From assembly GCF_009914755.1 (NCBI RefSeq), contig NC_060936.1: a stretch of 64,000 nucleotides of DNA. The stretch is one strand, 5' to 3'. This document shows positions 1 to 13,529 of this stretch, piece by piece. The notes below the pieces were generated by a model. The model worked only from the letters and a program-made list of their open reading frames with translations, was not told the origin of the DNA and ran no database searches. The position numbers and the translations under genes were made by a program. This DNA is from the human T2T-CHM13v2.0 reference genome, Homo sapiens. Numbering within the stretch: the first letter of the stretch is position 1; each line of letters starts with the position of its first letter.

Positions 1-1039
1 TTTCAGTCCTGCATTTAGTCACTTAGAACATTCTCGCACATGCATTTGCTGGCTCATGTACATACGAATATACACATATCCCTCTTTGTGCCCTTTCTTA
101 GCCTCTGATGATTTCTTCTCCTCCAGGAGGCAGGAATCCAAGGCTTATAAACCATGACTTCTGGGAAGTTTTTTCTTCTGCTTAACCAGGGTATCATTGT
201 TTTTTCTGCCTTCCCCTGGAGAATCACTGGCCACTGCCCTAGTGGTTGGGGCAAGGATCAGAGGTAGCTTGCATTCTGGGGTTTGTCCCCAAAGCCTCGG
301 TGGGACTCTGCATTGGGGTCTGTAGCCTGGATCCACTCCAGTACCTTAACTAATCTCTTGACTCCCAGATGGTCCAAAATATGTGGATTTAGAAGAGCAA
401 CAGACAGCTGTTCCTCTGGGCCTCTCCAAGAACACAGTTTGGTGTCTAGACCACCTTAGAGAAACATGGCAGAGGAAATCATGGTGGAGCAGCATGGAAA
501 CAGGTGAAACCCAGACTTAGTACCTTGTTAAATTCCATCCTGGAGTGGAGATACCAGAGGAGCAGATATTACCTTTATTAACTGATAGAAATGTTTGGGG
601 ATTTCTCTGACTTCTTGTAGGGTTGGATAAGCCCCAAAGTGAAGAGAATTTTGCTCCTTGTTTTAGCCATTAGGAAACTCAAGACCCTGCTACAGTGCTA
701 TTGGTTTAATTTTTCCCTATCACATTGCCTCTGCAACTTCTGAATGGTTGCAGCCATTTCTTAAAATTTCCCTGCATTGTCACTCAGACAACAAGAATAG
801 ATTTGGCCTTCTTCATCTCAAAATAATGGTCATGATTAATAGTTATTGGACTGGGAACAGTGCTCAGCCCTCTGTACGTGATCTCAGGAATCCTCACAGT
901 ACTCAATGAAATAGCAATTTTATTATCTCATTTTTGCAGACAAAGCAACTGAAACTTCCACACATTTTCTACATTGCACCTAAGATCATCTGAGAAACTA
1001 TGCTGTACTTGTTTTTCTAATGTATGATCTGATTTTTCT

Positions 1040-1162
1040 ATTATAATGTTAATTCTATGAGGACAGGGCTTTCTGTGTCCTTGCTTCATTGCTGTATCTC
1101 CAGCACCTGGACTACTGCATGGCACCTGGTAGTTACTTAGTAAAGGTTTTTCAAATGACTGA
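1040..1162 (+). mobile_element. L2 3' end nested inside a minus-strand MIR (~845-1260)
   Basis: CTATGAGGACAGGG...TTCATTGCTGTATCTCCAGCACCT...GGCACCTGGTAG. MIR halves (ATTATCTCATTTTTGCAGA; GTAACTCATCCAAG) flank it. Confidence 0.65.
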
Positions 1163-1924
1163 GTAACTCATCCAAGATTAAATGTCTAGGAAGTGGTGGC
1201 ACCAAGCTTAGGACGACTCTTTTCTGATTCCAGAGTCCAGACAGCCCTAACCACTATCCCACACTACCTTCTTGTTTATTTTTAAATCATTTTCCTTCCC
1301 TTCAATCCCTCTCCAGTGCCTTACACCTTCTTGCTGTAATTTGAAGCATGGCCACAGTAAGCTACCTCAAGTTTCTCATCTGTAAAATGGGGATAATATA
1401 ATGAACTACCTTATGGGATTGTACCCCTCTGCATGGTAGCCTCATCCTACTGTGCCTCCTAACCACGGCCTTTAAATCAGCAGGTATAGTTAATATATTT
1501 AGTTCTTTTAATCTAATCTGAAACACAAAGCATTTGCTTCCTTAATTCAAGATTTTTGGCTTTGCCTAGACTAAGCTTAAAACCAAAGAAGTACTGCAGA
1601 ACTGACTGAGGCTGCCAGAAGTACCACACTCTTGCACCCAGCCAGTGGGAAGTGGAAAGATAACAGCTAAGCCTTTGGGGATCCTTCCAGAAGTAGTGAT
1701 GACGTACAGCATTCTTTCTGATTATGAAGTAAATATCTGTTCTAATGTATGTTCAACATAGAGAGTTAAGAAAATGGGGAAAGAATAAAGAGTAAAACAA
1801 TGACCAGAAATACCTTCAATACCCTTTGACATTCTTTCTCTGTGTGTGCATGTGTTTGTGTGTCTTTGTTTCTGTGTCTGTATATGTGTATTTCCTTTAT
1901 TTTTGTTTTTTTACTTTAATGTAA

Positions 1925-2615
<691 letters not shown>

Positions 2616-2629
2616 CTCTCCATGTCTTT

Positions 2630-2830
2630 AATTATTCTTGCATAAGATGACTTTTCACTGCATAATATTCCATCACATACCACTCTTTAACCATTTTGCT
2701 TCTTGGGCACATTTTCCTTTTGGTCACACTTTTTATACTACAGTTGCCATCCTTTTACATACATTTGAATACACATATCTGGCTATTCTCTCAGAATAGA
2801 TTTCCAGACGTTACCTTTCCAAGCTTGAAG
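2630..2830 (-). mobile_element. Old L1 (L1ME-like) fragment flanking the two Alus
   Basis: CTGCATAATATTCCAT...CATCCTTTTACATACA...AGAATAGATTTCCAGA. Confidence 0.5.
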
Positions 2831-3139
2831 ATGTTAACATTTTAAAGAAAGATGGTTATTCTTGAAAGCCCTGACAGCTCTGAGTGGGGAGCCGGGGCTG
2901 ATGGTTACCACAGGATAGCGGAAAGGCACACTGGCTGGCCTGTGTGTACTCACGCATCCCCCCACCTAGGGCAGCCTTGGGAAGAGCACTCAGGATTATG
3001 AGAAAGACTGTCGCCTCCCCTTTGCTTCATTAGCTGATCCTCTAAGCATATGTGCTTTCTTGGTCTAATTTTCGGATTGGTCTTCTCCTATATTCTCTTC
3101 CTACTCCCCACCCCGACCTTACAGCTAAGTGCACATCTC

Positions 3140-3390
3140 ATGTAGTGCAGTGGGAAAGAACCGTAAGGCAGAAGCCGGGCTGACTTGGCTGTGAATCCCA
3201 GCTCCATCACTTGCTGGCCAGGTGACTGAGTAAGATCGTTTACACATCCATCATCCTCAAGTTTCTCATCTGTAAAATGGGGATAATAATGTAACTGCCT
3301 TATGGCATTATATAAGGATTGTATGACTGAACACATGTAGAATGCTTAGAACAATGCCTGGCATATATGAAGCATTTAATACATGGTGTA
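3140..3390 (+). mobile_element. MIR SINE
   Basis: GAATCCCAGCTCCATCACTTGCT...CTCAAGTTTCTCATCTGTAAAATGGGGATAATAAT (MIR core). Confidence 0.85.
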
Positions 3391-4250
3391 TTAAATTAAT
3401 TTTGAAAAGAATAAATTAATAACAATGATGAACATTTTTGATACCTATTTTCCTATTGTTTTGACTCTCAAAGCCAGTTGCAAGCATATTTAGCACTGTG
3501 ATGTATGTGTGACTTACTGCAAAGTCTTTTTTCCAGTCCCTGATACCAGCTCTCTCTTCACCTTCAGTGTTTCCTACCCCTCCTGCCTCCCCTTCCCTAA
3601 GAATATTGCTGTTTCACAGAGTGTAGGCTTTCCTCTGGCTTCCAGATCTGCCCACATATGCACACTTCTCTTTCCCATCCCTGTTGGACTCTTTCTCCTT
3701 ATCAGTTTATTTGTTCCAGTTGGGAAGAACTGGAACCTGGTCGGCAGCTTTTCCAGTTGGCTTTATCTGTGCGCTGCATTGTAAAACTGTTCTCTCTTGC
3801 TTAGAAATCTCTTTGATCCATGTTTAGCTGTATTTATTCTTCCAACAGATGTTTTGGGTAGTGAGAGGATTTTCTTCTCGCATTTGCCTAGTCTCATGCT
3901 CCTTCATGCTTCCCACTTGTTTGGGATCTTTTTGCCAGCTGACCACAGACAGGGGCCATCTGTCGTGAAGGTCTCCCTGGCCCAGCAGACCAGGAATGGC
4001 CCAGCAACCAAGACTTTCTGAAGGGCTTAGTGAAGGGGAGGAGGGAGGAAGATGTTGGAGAACTGTGTAGGGTAGAGTTTGAGTTTCCCAGACACATTCC
4101 AGGAGCTCTTTTGATCCAAGGTATACATGATTTGGCTTGTGCTCTGTGGCAGGTTAACAAAAACACAACCTTCCATTGTCTCCTGTAGACAACAGAGTGA
4201 GGCCCTTGGGCATGGCAGGTAGCCTAAGACTACCCCTGAGAGTTGGGAAG

Positions 4251-4713
4251 TGTATGAGTCTCCTGGGGCTGCCGTAACAAAGCACCACAAATTGGGTGGC
4301 TTAGCACAACAGAAATGTATTGCCTCACAGTTCTGGAGGCCAGAAGTCCAAGATCAAGGTTGCGGTCAGGGCCGTGTTTCATCTGAAGGCCCAGGGAAGC
4401 AGCTGCCCCACGCCTTCTCCTAGCCTCTGGTAGCCTCTGGCATTTCTTGGCTTATAGATGCATCTGTCAAATCCTGTGTCTTCATATGGCTTTCTCCTTT
4501 GTCTCACACTGTCTTTCCTCTGTGCATGTCTGTGTTCAGATGTCCCTTTTTATAAGGATGTCAGCCCAATTGGATTAAGTTCTACCCTAATGATCTCATT
4601 TTAACTTGGTTACCTCTGTAAAGTCCTTATTTCCAAATAAGGTCATGTGCTCAAGTACTAAGGGGTTAGGACTCCAGCATATCTTGGTGGTAGACACAAT
4701 TCAACCCATAATG
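4251..4713 (-). mobile_element. Solo MaLR LTR (MLT1C/B-like)
   Basis: GGGCTGCCGTAACAAAGCACCACAAATTGGGTGGCTT...CTCACAGTTCTGGAGGCCAGAAGTCCAAGATCAAGG...CACAATTCAACCCATAA. Perfect 5-bp TSD GGAAG (4246-4250, 4714-4718). Confidence 0.9.
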
Positions 4714-5753
4714 GGAAGGAAAGATGTTGGGCACCTGTAACTCCTCCAAACACCCACAGAGTGCAGGGTGAGCTGTGTGCTAACACATAGTCAGTTCTCT
4801 TTGGGGTGAGGAGGCCTAGGGGCAGGGCCCCCATGTGGGGTCTCTGTCCACACCAGCAACAATAACAACCAGGGAGGAAAGCATCTCATTTTCCTTGGCT
4901 CAGTTCAGCTTTTTATGTTTTTAGCACAATGCCTGCTTTGCTCTTCCAACAATTTGGGAATCTCTGGGAGCTGTGCATGGAAAGCAAGGAGGACAGCGGC
5001 GAGAAAAAGGGGGAGTAGATGGAGGGTCTTGGAAAGCAGAGGGCCTAGGCAGGCAGAGAGGACAGGAAAGTATAGCGAGCAGAGCGGCAAATTGGTGGGG
5101 AGGTGCAGAAGGCTGCTTGGCAGCCAGGAGTTCTTGCCCTGGCCCTGCCATGAGGCTGCATGTCTGTGGCCTAGGTATTTACCTTCTCCAGGCCTCAGTT
5201 TCTCTGTAGGCAAGATTGGGAGGTGGATGGGTGCTCTCTAGGATCCCTTCCTGGCCAGAATAACATTCTCAGCAGGAGCCTAACGTGTGGAGCAAATGGG
5301 AGCACTGGGCTCCGGCCTCCTGCAGTGAGCACAGCCCCTGTTCTTGTGGAAACATCTTCCAATAGGGCTGCCCTGCCTACAGGGTCATGCGGCATGCATC
5401 TGCTGCCTGCCTGCGCTCTTGAAACAGCCTCCACTGCTCCCCTCCCAGCTCCTGTCTCTCTGCACACGCAAGCGTGCTACTCCTTTTCATGATCCCCATT
5501 AGTATTCTTTGACGATGGCATACATCTGTCTTCGATCGTTGTCAGCTCTGGGAGGCTTATGCCAAGCTTCTTGAGCGTAACCCATGACTGCCTGGGTTAG
5601 GTGTTGTGAGCTGTCCAGGAGGCAGGAGGACGATGCATGCAAGTCAGGGCTTAGGGCAGAAGTGCCTGGGCCTGGCCTCCCCTTGGACTCCAGGAGTCCT
5701 GTCCTAACAGAGCCCACAGCCCCCTATCCATCTGGCCTCTGTAACCCCTCCCC

Positions 5754-5754
<1 letters not shown>

Positions 5755-5817
<63 letters not shown>
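5755..5817 (+). repeat. Perfect (AC)31 microsatellite
   Basis: 63 bp of uninterrupted AC. Confidence 0.99.
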
Positions 5818-5818
<1 letters not shown>

Positions 5819-7559
5819 CCCCTGTGATTGAGGGGGCCCCAATTCCTGTTCATATCCTCCAGGATAGCCCACCTGCACCCTCGACAGTGAGAGACAAAGT
5901 TCTATTCCCTGTTTAGATGGGTGCTGGGGACAATGGAAAGGAGGTGTGGCTCTGAGAAGTTCATGTCTTGCTCGGGGCACACAGCAGCTGATCGGGAACA
6001 TGTTGCTGACTCCAAGATGCTGCCTTGCAAGAAGCTGGCTCTATCCTTCTTTTGGCTGAAGTGCCTTTCATGGATGGTGAGGGATGTGCAGGGAGAAGTG
6101 TCAGGAGTGAGGGTCAGTGGTTAGAATCAGGCAGTCCACAGAGTCTGAGAAAGCAAGACATTCTCTGGCAGTCTGGGGGTCATGATCGCCCACCCCAGCC
6201 CAGATAACCCTCACAGCTGTGCGGGCCACTAGAGAAAAAGGAGGGCATGTTTGGGGCAGGAGAGGCAAATGTTTGCTTATCTGTGACTTCTTCCTCCAAG
6301 CATGTCCGGACCTCCAGTCAATGGTGGGCTGTCAGTCGTCAGCTGAGGTTGAGCTTTCCTTAGCAGGAGCACTGGTCACTTGGGCTGGGATGGTTCTTAG
6401 TGGTACAGGATGCACTGCAAGCTTTAAATGCGAGTGGCATCATCCCCTTCCGGTCACCATGGCAACCAGAAACACCTTGACACATTTCCAAATGCCCTTT
6501 AGTAGGGCAGTGACAGCCCTTTTGAGAATCACATAGAATCGCATTGATTGATGAGTGAAAAATAAATGGATGGTAGCCTCCTTTTGTGATTTTTGCAGCG
6601 GCCTTTAGCTTCCTTTACTCACCCCAGAAATCAGTGGGACCCTGGGAGCTGTGTACCCCTCAGACCCAGTTGGAACCCAGCCAAGAGTACTTAATCCATC
6701 CCCACTTGTGGGGCCAACGGCACCTAACCACCTCAGGCACGGTGGACCTGGCTCCTCAGAGAGCTCTAGGGACAGAGGAGAGAAAGGGTCTGCATTCTGT
6801 TTGCAGCCCTGATCGTGAGCTCTGGGGGTCCTCTTCCACCCCCACCCCCACCCCCAGCCCCTGGAGCAGGTACTCGGGGTCAGAGCTCTGCTGAGGGTCT
6901 GGCTCTGGGAGGGGAGGTTTGTGTAAGATTCCCTCCCACGGTTCAGCACAGATGGGATGACAAGGACCAAATTCTGTTTCTGGGCTCTGATATTTGCCAA
7001 GATTTTTACCAGGCTTCCTGGAATAGACAGGGAAGCAGAGCAAGCTCCCGTAGGTCAAGTGATTTGGGCCCGAGTTGACCCAGAGTCCCTAAATGACTGC
7101 TGTGTAGCTACCATGAGTGTGCTGAGTGGCCCATAGGGGCAGGTATGAGAGAGGTGCTGAGGGAGGCAGGGGGCCCGCAGAACGGCCTCCCATCTCCACT
7201 GCCCGTCCCCAGGTCCACAGGCTCACAGAGCAGACACGGTCTGTGCCTGGGTTTGCTCACCCACAAGAGGAAGAACATAACATCTCGCTCCTTTTGCTGC
7301 ACAGGATAAAACGAGAACAGAGAGGAAACAGGAAGTGCTTTGCATTCCAGAAAGAGCAGCAACTGTATAAAGTCATGCATATTAGGATTTGAGGTATGCA
7401 TGGTCAGAAGTTAGAAACTAACCGAATCTTGTCATTGCCAGGAAGTTTCGGGGTTCTGTGACTGGTGGCCACTGATGTTCCTGTGTTCCTCCATTCCAGC
7501 TCCTACCTTGACTGTGTCCTCCTCTTCACACCTAACTTCTTTAGTGAAGGCTCCATTTC

Positions 7560-8785
7560 CTCATTTCCTGTTCAATGCTTAAACCCCTTGCAATCTGGCT
7601 TCTACCATCGCCTTATCACAGACCCTTCTCTGGCTTTGCCTTGCCTGGCCCTTCCATGATGTCTTCTTTCTTGAAACCCTCTTTCCTTGGTAGGATACCA
7701 CGGCATCCTGGTTTTTGTCCTACCTCTGTGGCTGTTTCTGCGTGCTTTCCTTAGCTGACTTTTGCTCCTTTATCTGACCTGGGCTCTCCTCTCTCCATAC
7801 ACTCTCCATAGCCTATTCTAAGTGTCCCAGGTCTCTTATATCTTATCTCTCAAATGCACAATTACTTTGTGTTAGCTACAGACCCATATATCCAGCTTCC
7901 CTATAGATACCCCAAATGTCTTTGTAGGCTCCTAAACTCAGTGTATGCTAAGCTGAACAGGGGCTCCTTTTGTGCCCCAAACTTTCCCAACTCCAGTGAG
8001 TCTTCTCCATTGTCTTTCACCTTAATAAATGGAACCACCTGCGACTCTAGTGTGTGGTCCAGAGACTTGGAAGTCACCTCAGCTTGTCTCTCTGTCATCC
8101 GCAGGATCGGGCAGCCTCCAAGTCCTCATCATTCTAACTCTCATAATGCCTCTGGAGTTTGTCCAGATCTCCTCGTCACCACTGCCGCTACGCTAATCAA
8201 AACCACCATTGTCTCTTGCCATCCTCCATACTTTGCAAAGTTAATTGGGTCATTTTTCTACTTGAAATCTTATAATGGCTCTCCAGTGCCTCTGAGTCCT
8301 TGTTTTTTCAACACTGTTCACACTCTCCCCACCTCTCTCTCACTCATACCCCATGCACCAGCCATCCTGGGTTTTGCTGTTTTTGTTTCCCAGAATGCAC
8401 AATGCACCTTCTGGCCTCTGAGCCACAGCACCTGGGTATTTGCTCCCACTACTGCAGCTCTCCTCTTCCCTGCCACCACGCCTTTCTTGCCTGACTGTTA
8501 GTATGCAGCAGTGGCCACTTGAGCATGACCGCCTCTGGGAGGCTGTCCCTAGTCCTCTGTCGCATTCTGGGGCTCCCTATCACACACTCCCATTGCATGC
8601 TGCAGCATCCTCAGCACCCAGCATTCCTTATTGTAGTTCCTGATTCAACACCTTTCTCAGGAGACTCTGGACTTCTTGAAGGCAGGAACAATTCCCACTT
8701 GTTCCTAGTAGCATTCCAAACCACACGTGACAGTGTCTGGCTTATAATAAGCAGCCAATAAAAAGTTGATGAATGAATGAATAAG
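7560..8785 (+). mobile_element. L2 LINE fragment including 3' end
   Basis: Pyrimidine-rich L2 body (AATGGAACCACC, CCAGAGACTTGGAAGTCA, CTTGAAGGCAGGAAC) ending AATAAAAAGTTGATGAATGAATGAAT. Confidence 0.8.
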
Positions 8786-9088
8786 TGAAAACAGAAGGTG
8801 TTTGCCTGCAGAAATCTGGAATAAGATCAAAGATCAGAGCTGGGATTAAGGAAAAAACTTCCTTGGGGTGGCACTATGAATTCCCAGAACAGGTGACTAA
8901 CCCTCATTCACTTTGGCAAATGTTTATCCCATGCCACGCAACCAGGCAAAAAGTTGAATGAGGTTTAATCCCTTCCCACACGGAGCTTATTCCTTCTTTG
9001 GAAGTCCTTTAAACAAGCTCTGAAATGATTTTGGCAGGTAGACAAACTGGTCCTCATTTCTCTGTGACCAGTAAGTAGGGAAAGCAAG

Positions 9089-9128
9089 CACACATACACA
9101 CACACACACACACGTGCACACGCACACT
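9089..9128 (+). repeat. Short interrupted (CA)n
   Basis: CACACATACACACACACACACACACGTGCACACGCACAC. Confidence 0.85.
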
Positions 9129-10244
9129 GACAGACAACCTTGCTCACTCACATGGGCATGCCCAAACACTTCTTCTATTTTATAGGATGGTAACTCACTC
9201 TTTAGTTTAGACTCTTGACGTGCCATGGAAAATCCCACTCGCCCTAGAACTGGGGGCCGGGCAGGTTTGACTGTAACAACGAAGCCTGGAGCTTACTCTT
9301 TGCTGATTGGCTTTCCTTTCTGTCTCCATTTTTCCCCTGGTGAGCACTGCAGTTGTGTTCTTCCTCCCAAAGGTAATGCCTGGTTTGGCTCACTAAAACC
9401 TGTTCTTTCTGTACCGAGAGCTCATCTTCTCTTCCTCTTCTGGATTCTCAAATGAGATGACGTCAGAGGATGGAGGCCAACCACACCCTTCCTCCTTGAC
9501 CCTGATAAAGTTTCTTGGAAACCCTATACTCAGAGGCAGCCAATTCTTGCCAGTGGAAGAGTGAAAAGAGGGCTTGGGAAGCTCAAGGCTCAGTGTCTGT
9601 CCCCAGGTCCCCCAGTTAAAGACACATCTGTCCTTCACTCTCAAAGATGTTGCCATTGCTCCCCTGCTAGAGTGACACACTGCACTCCCTCCTTCCCTTC
9701 ACACCCCAGCAAGAGGCTATTTCCCAGGGGTCTTATAAGCAGATTTCATCTTCTCTTGTGCTGTTTTCTTATTTCAATTATCTTCAGGGAGGAACGTGCA
9801 TATTGCGTCATTGCCTGGCTGTGAAATTTCATTTCCATTTCTTTACACCTGCAGTTGCAATACGAGAGAGAAAAGGCCAGAGCTTAGCGGATGTCCTAGA
9901 CGCAGGTTATCAAGGTGCTGTGGCTGTGGTTTCCCGGAAAAGGCCTTGGTCCCAGAGCACATTTTATCAGCAGGACCTTCGAGGGGCTGCGTTCCTTCAA
10001 TTGTTTTCTCTTTGGGGTCTCTGGTCTCCAGTTCTTTCTTCTCTAGCATGTGAGATCTGTGCTTTTGATTCATGCCTTTAAGTCTGACATTGAAAAAATA
10101 TCTGATTTGCCATTCCAGATGCTCGTCCTCATTTGCAAATTTTCCTAAAGGGCCAGATTGTCCTCTGGCCTTTTCCCTTTTCCTGGTCCCACCTCACCAC
10201 CCTCCCACTGGGGCTTCACAGAGGCAGAGCTAGTCTCCTTTCAT

Positions 10245-10738
10245 TTTTTAAAATTAATAGTCTTCAATTTTTAGAACAGTTTTAAGTTCACAGAAAAATT
10301 AACCAGCTATTACAGAGTTACCGTATAACTCCTCCTCCTCACTCCCCAGTTTTCTCCATTATTAGCATGTTGCATTAGTGCAGTACATTTGTTGCAGTTA
10401 ATAAGCAAATATTAGCCCATCATTATTAACTCAAGTCTATAGTTTACATTAAGGTGTATTCTTTGTGTTTTACAGTTTTATGGGTTATGACAAATGCATA
10501 ATGTTATGTATCCACCATTATAGCATACAGAATAGTTTCACTGCCCTAAAACTCTCCTGTGCTCCACCTGCCCATCCCTCCTCCCTCCTCTGCCACCAAT
10601 CCCTGGCAGCCACCAGTCTTTTGACTGCCTAGAGTTTCGCCTTTTTCAGAATATCATAGTAGTTGGAATAATACAGTGCGTAGTCTTTTCAGACTGGCTC
10701 CTTTCACTTAGCAATATGCATTTTAAGTTTCTTCCATG
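10245..10738 (-). mobile_element. L1 3'-end fragment (L1MC1-like)
   Basis: TTTTTAGAACAGTTTTAAGTTCACAGAAAAATT...CAGAATAGTTTCACTGCCCTAAAA...TTTTCAGACTGGCTCCTTTCACTTAGCAATATGCATTT. Confidence 0.85.
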
Positions 10739-12549
10739 GAAACTTTGCTTTCATCCTTTTATCACCACAAGGCCAGTCATCCAAGGAATTTCTCCATCTC
10801 TGTCTGTTCCTTTCTAGTTCTATGTGTGCCACTGCTTGGCATAGAATAGGTATCCATTTAATGAACATTCCCTTTCACCACCTGGGACACCTTCCCAGGG
10901 ATAACAAAAATAAAACCAGCTAGGTCAATAGCAGAGCCCCCATCCCAGTTTTAACCTCATTCTCCCCTCTTTCCACAATAAACTGGATCAGAACCAGCAG
11001 CTCTGTAAGACTGCATTTCTTTCCCTTAATACCAGGCCCCAGAGAGCATTTGATTCCTTGGCAGAGAGGTGTAGGCTTAATTAATTTTTCTCCTTTTTTC
11101 TTTGAACATCTTGGAACACACACACACACATTCGCATTTATGCACAATTGGGTGTATGAGAATTTTAATGGCAGGTGGTGTTAGCAGTTCTTTTCCTCCT
11201 GATACAGATCAGGGTTTTTCCATCTGGGCCTTTTAGCAGGGCCTATGAATATTGACTTTCTAACCACTTGGATTTGGGTGGAGTGTGCAGAGTGGGATTG
11301 GGGGGGAAGGTTCAAGGGAGAACTATACTTATGTATAAATCACATGTGAAGGGAGTTTTGAAGTCATTATTGCTTCAGGATGTGCGAACCATAATTATTT
11401 TTTAAGGTCTTGATTTGCCCAAAGAGCATTTCCCAGGGTTGCTGCTCCAAGCATGACGTCTGTGCTGTCAGGAGGTGCAGCATAGTCTGATTCGAGTTTA
11501 ATCGCTTTAAAGGAGGCCCTGGGTAGGATCTGGTCTCTAGGTTCTCAGCTGTGGTCAGTCCTCCATGCAGCAAAACATCCAGATGACTTAGATGATTAAG
11601 ACAGCAGACTTAAAGTGAAGAAGAGATTTTTTCCCTTATTCTTTCCTTTTATTATTAGTTTTTAAATGGTTGGCTACATGGGCTGTTGGTCATTCTCCAT
11701 GTTCTCTGTGCTCTCCTCAGCTCTCTGCTCAAAACAGGCTGCACCGGCCTGCCTAAACCCTGAAAGCAACTTCTCAGCTGCCTACTTTCTGCCTTTTGAC
11801 CCCCAAGCCAATCCCCATCTCCTTACCACCCTCCCGCCATGTCCTCATACACCTGCCTCTCCTTGACTTCATTCTTCATGCTCCATCAGCAACAGCCCTC
11901 TGTCAATAATGATTGTCCCAGGGAAGTGTATTCAAGGGTCACATAAAATGTGCCCTCTCTATGTGTTGAGAAGGTTTTCTGTCCCCAAAGGAGCTCTCTG
12001 GATAATGAGGAAGGTTGAACTGGGGCAGCCTACAGGAAGAAGCCCTTAGAAGGGAAACCTGTGGCATAAACCATGCTGATCCACGACTCTTATTTTGGAA
12101 TAGCTATTTAAAAAGAAATATGAAGAACTCGTAAGACTTGGAAAAGAAAACTAGAGAATGTTGAAAATGTCCAAGGGTTATGTGTATGATGTGTATGGGG
12201 AAATTTTAAAAGAATGTGGTAGAAAACTGAATTTGTGGTAAAATGTTGTCACAGGACGGCCTGTTCTTTCATTGAATTATGTCTTAGTGCAGGGATGACA
12301 AATAAATACAGCAACTGTGCTGCCATTCTCACATCTTTTCCTACAGTAGGCATCACTAATCAATTACAACATTCTTTTCCACTGTCATGCCTTTGCCTAC
12401 AGCAGACATCACTAATCAATCACAGCACTCTCTCTCATTGAGTTTCAAAGGTTTTTTAATCCTCCACATAGGTCTCTAAGTAGCTATATACCAATTACTT
12501 TGATTTAGAACTTGGATTACCAATTTGCCATCTCTAGTTTAATGGGAAG

Positions 12550-12780
12550 AACATTAGGATTAGAGTCAGAATACCTGAATTCAAGTTACTGACCTACTAC
12601 TTAATAATAATTAATTTTAATAATTCTCTAACCTCAGCTTTCTCCTCTATAATAAGAAATAATGCTTACCACAGAGGCTCGAGGTAAGGATTAAGTAAGA
12701 TAATATATAACATGTAAGATAATTTGTGTGATGGTTCCTAGAATAGTACCTGGTGCATTGTAAGCACCCAGCAAGTGATA
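12550..12780 (+). mobile_element. MIR SINE
   Basis: GAGTCAGAATACCTGAATTCAAG...CCTCAGCTTTCTCCTCTATAA...GTAAGGATTAAGTAAGATAAT. Confidence 0.65.
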
Positions 12781-13529
12781 GCCAAGTATGAATTTGCAGC
12801 GGCATGGACACATCATGCCACACCCCAGATATGGAACAATAGTTAGGATTCCATTCACCTTTGCTTCTTTTAACATCCTCAGTGAAGGCAGATGGAGAAC
12901 AGCTGGACCCTCTAATTCTACCTGACTTTAACTTCACATTCTTAAGATGCTTATTAAATCTCTCTTTCCTGAACTAATATAATGCTTCCTTGTTACCCTG
13001 GAAGGACAGAGTTAACACCCATGTATTATGACATGATGGATGTTCCTTTTGCGCACACTGCATGCATAGCCATGTGCCAAGGCCAGGCCTGCCTTAGCTT
13101 TTTGGTTCTCCAGAGCAGCTTCACTGTGACTGAAGAGAGCCAGGGAAGACATCTTGGTAGAGCTCTTTATATGACTCTTTTCAGAATGTTTCTCACTGAT
13201 GGAGATGACAGAAAGCTAGGATGATTTGCAGGCAGGAGGACAGGCTTCTTTGGAAAAGGTTTCACCATAGATTACCTCAATCCAGGGTTGGAAGACTGGA
13301 AAGTGGTCTGCAGGGCATCCCAGGGGATGCCTTCTTCAAGACAATATTAGACTAGCATTGGACCCTGCCTCCAGACTAGTAAAGGGTTATTTTCAGAGCA
13401 GCAACACCAGAGAACATGTTTTGAGCAAATCAAATCCTTAAAATCATGATTTCATACATCCTGAGATACTAGTGACTTCAAAATGCCTTTCTCAAATTAT
13501 ACATATAGTGCCTTCTGAATCAACTGTCT

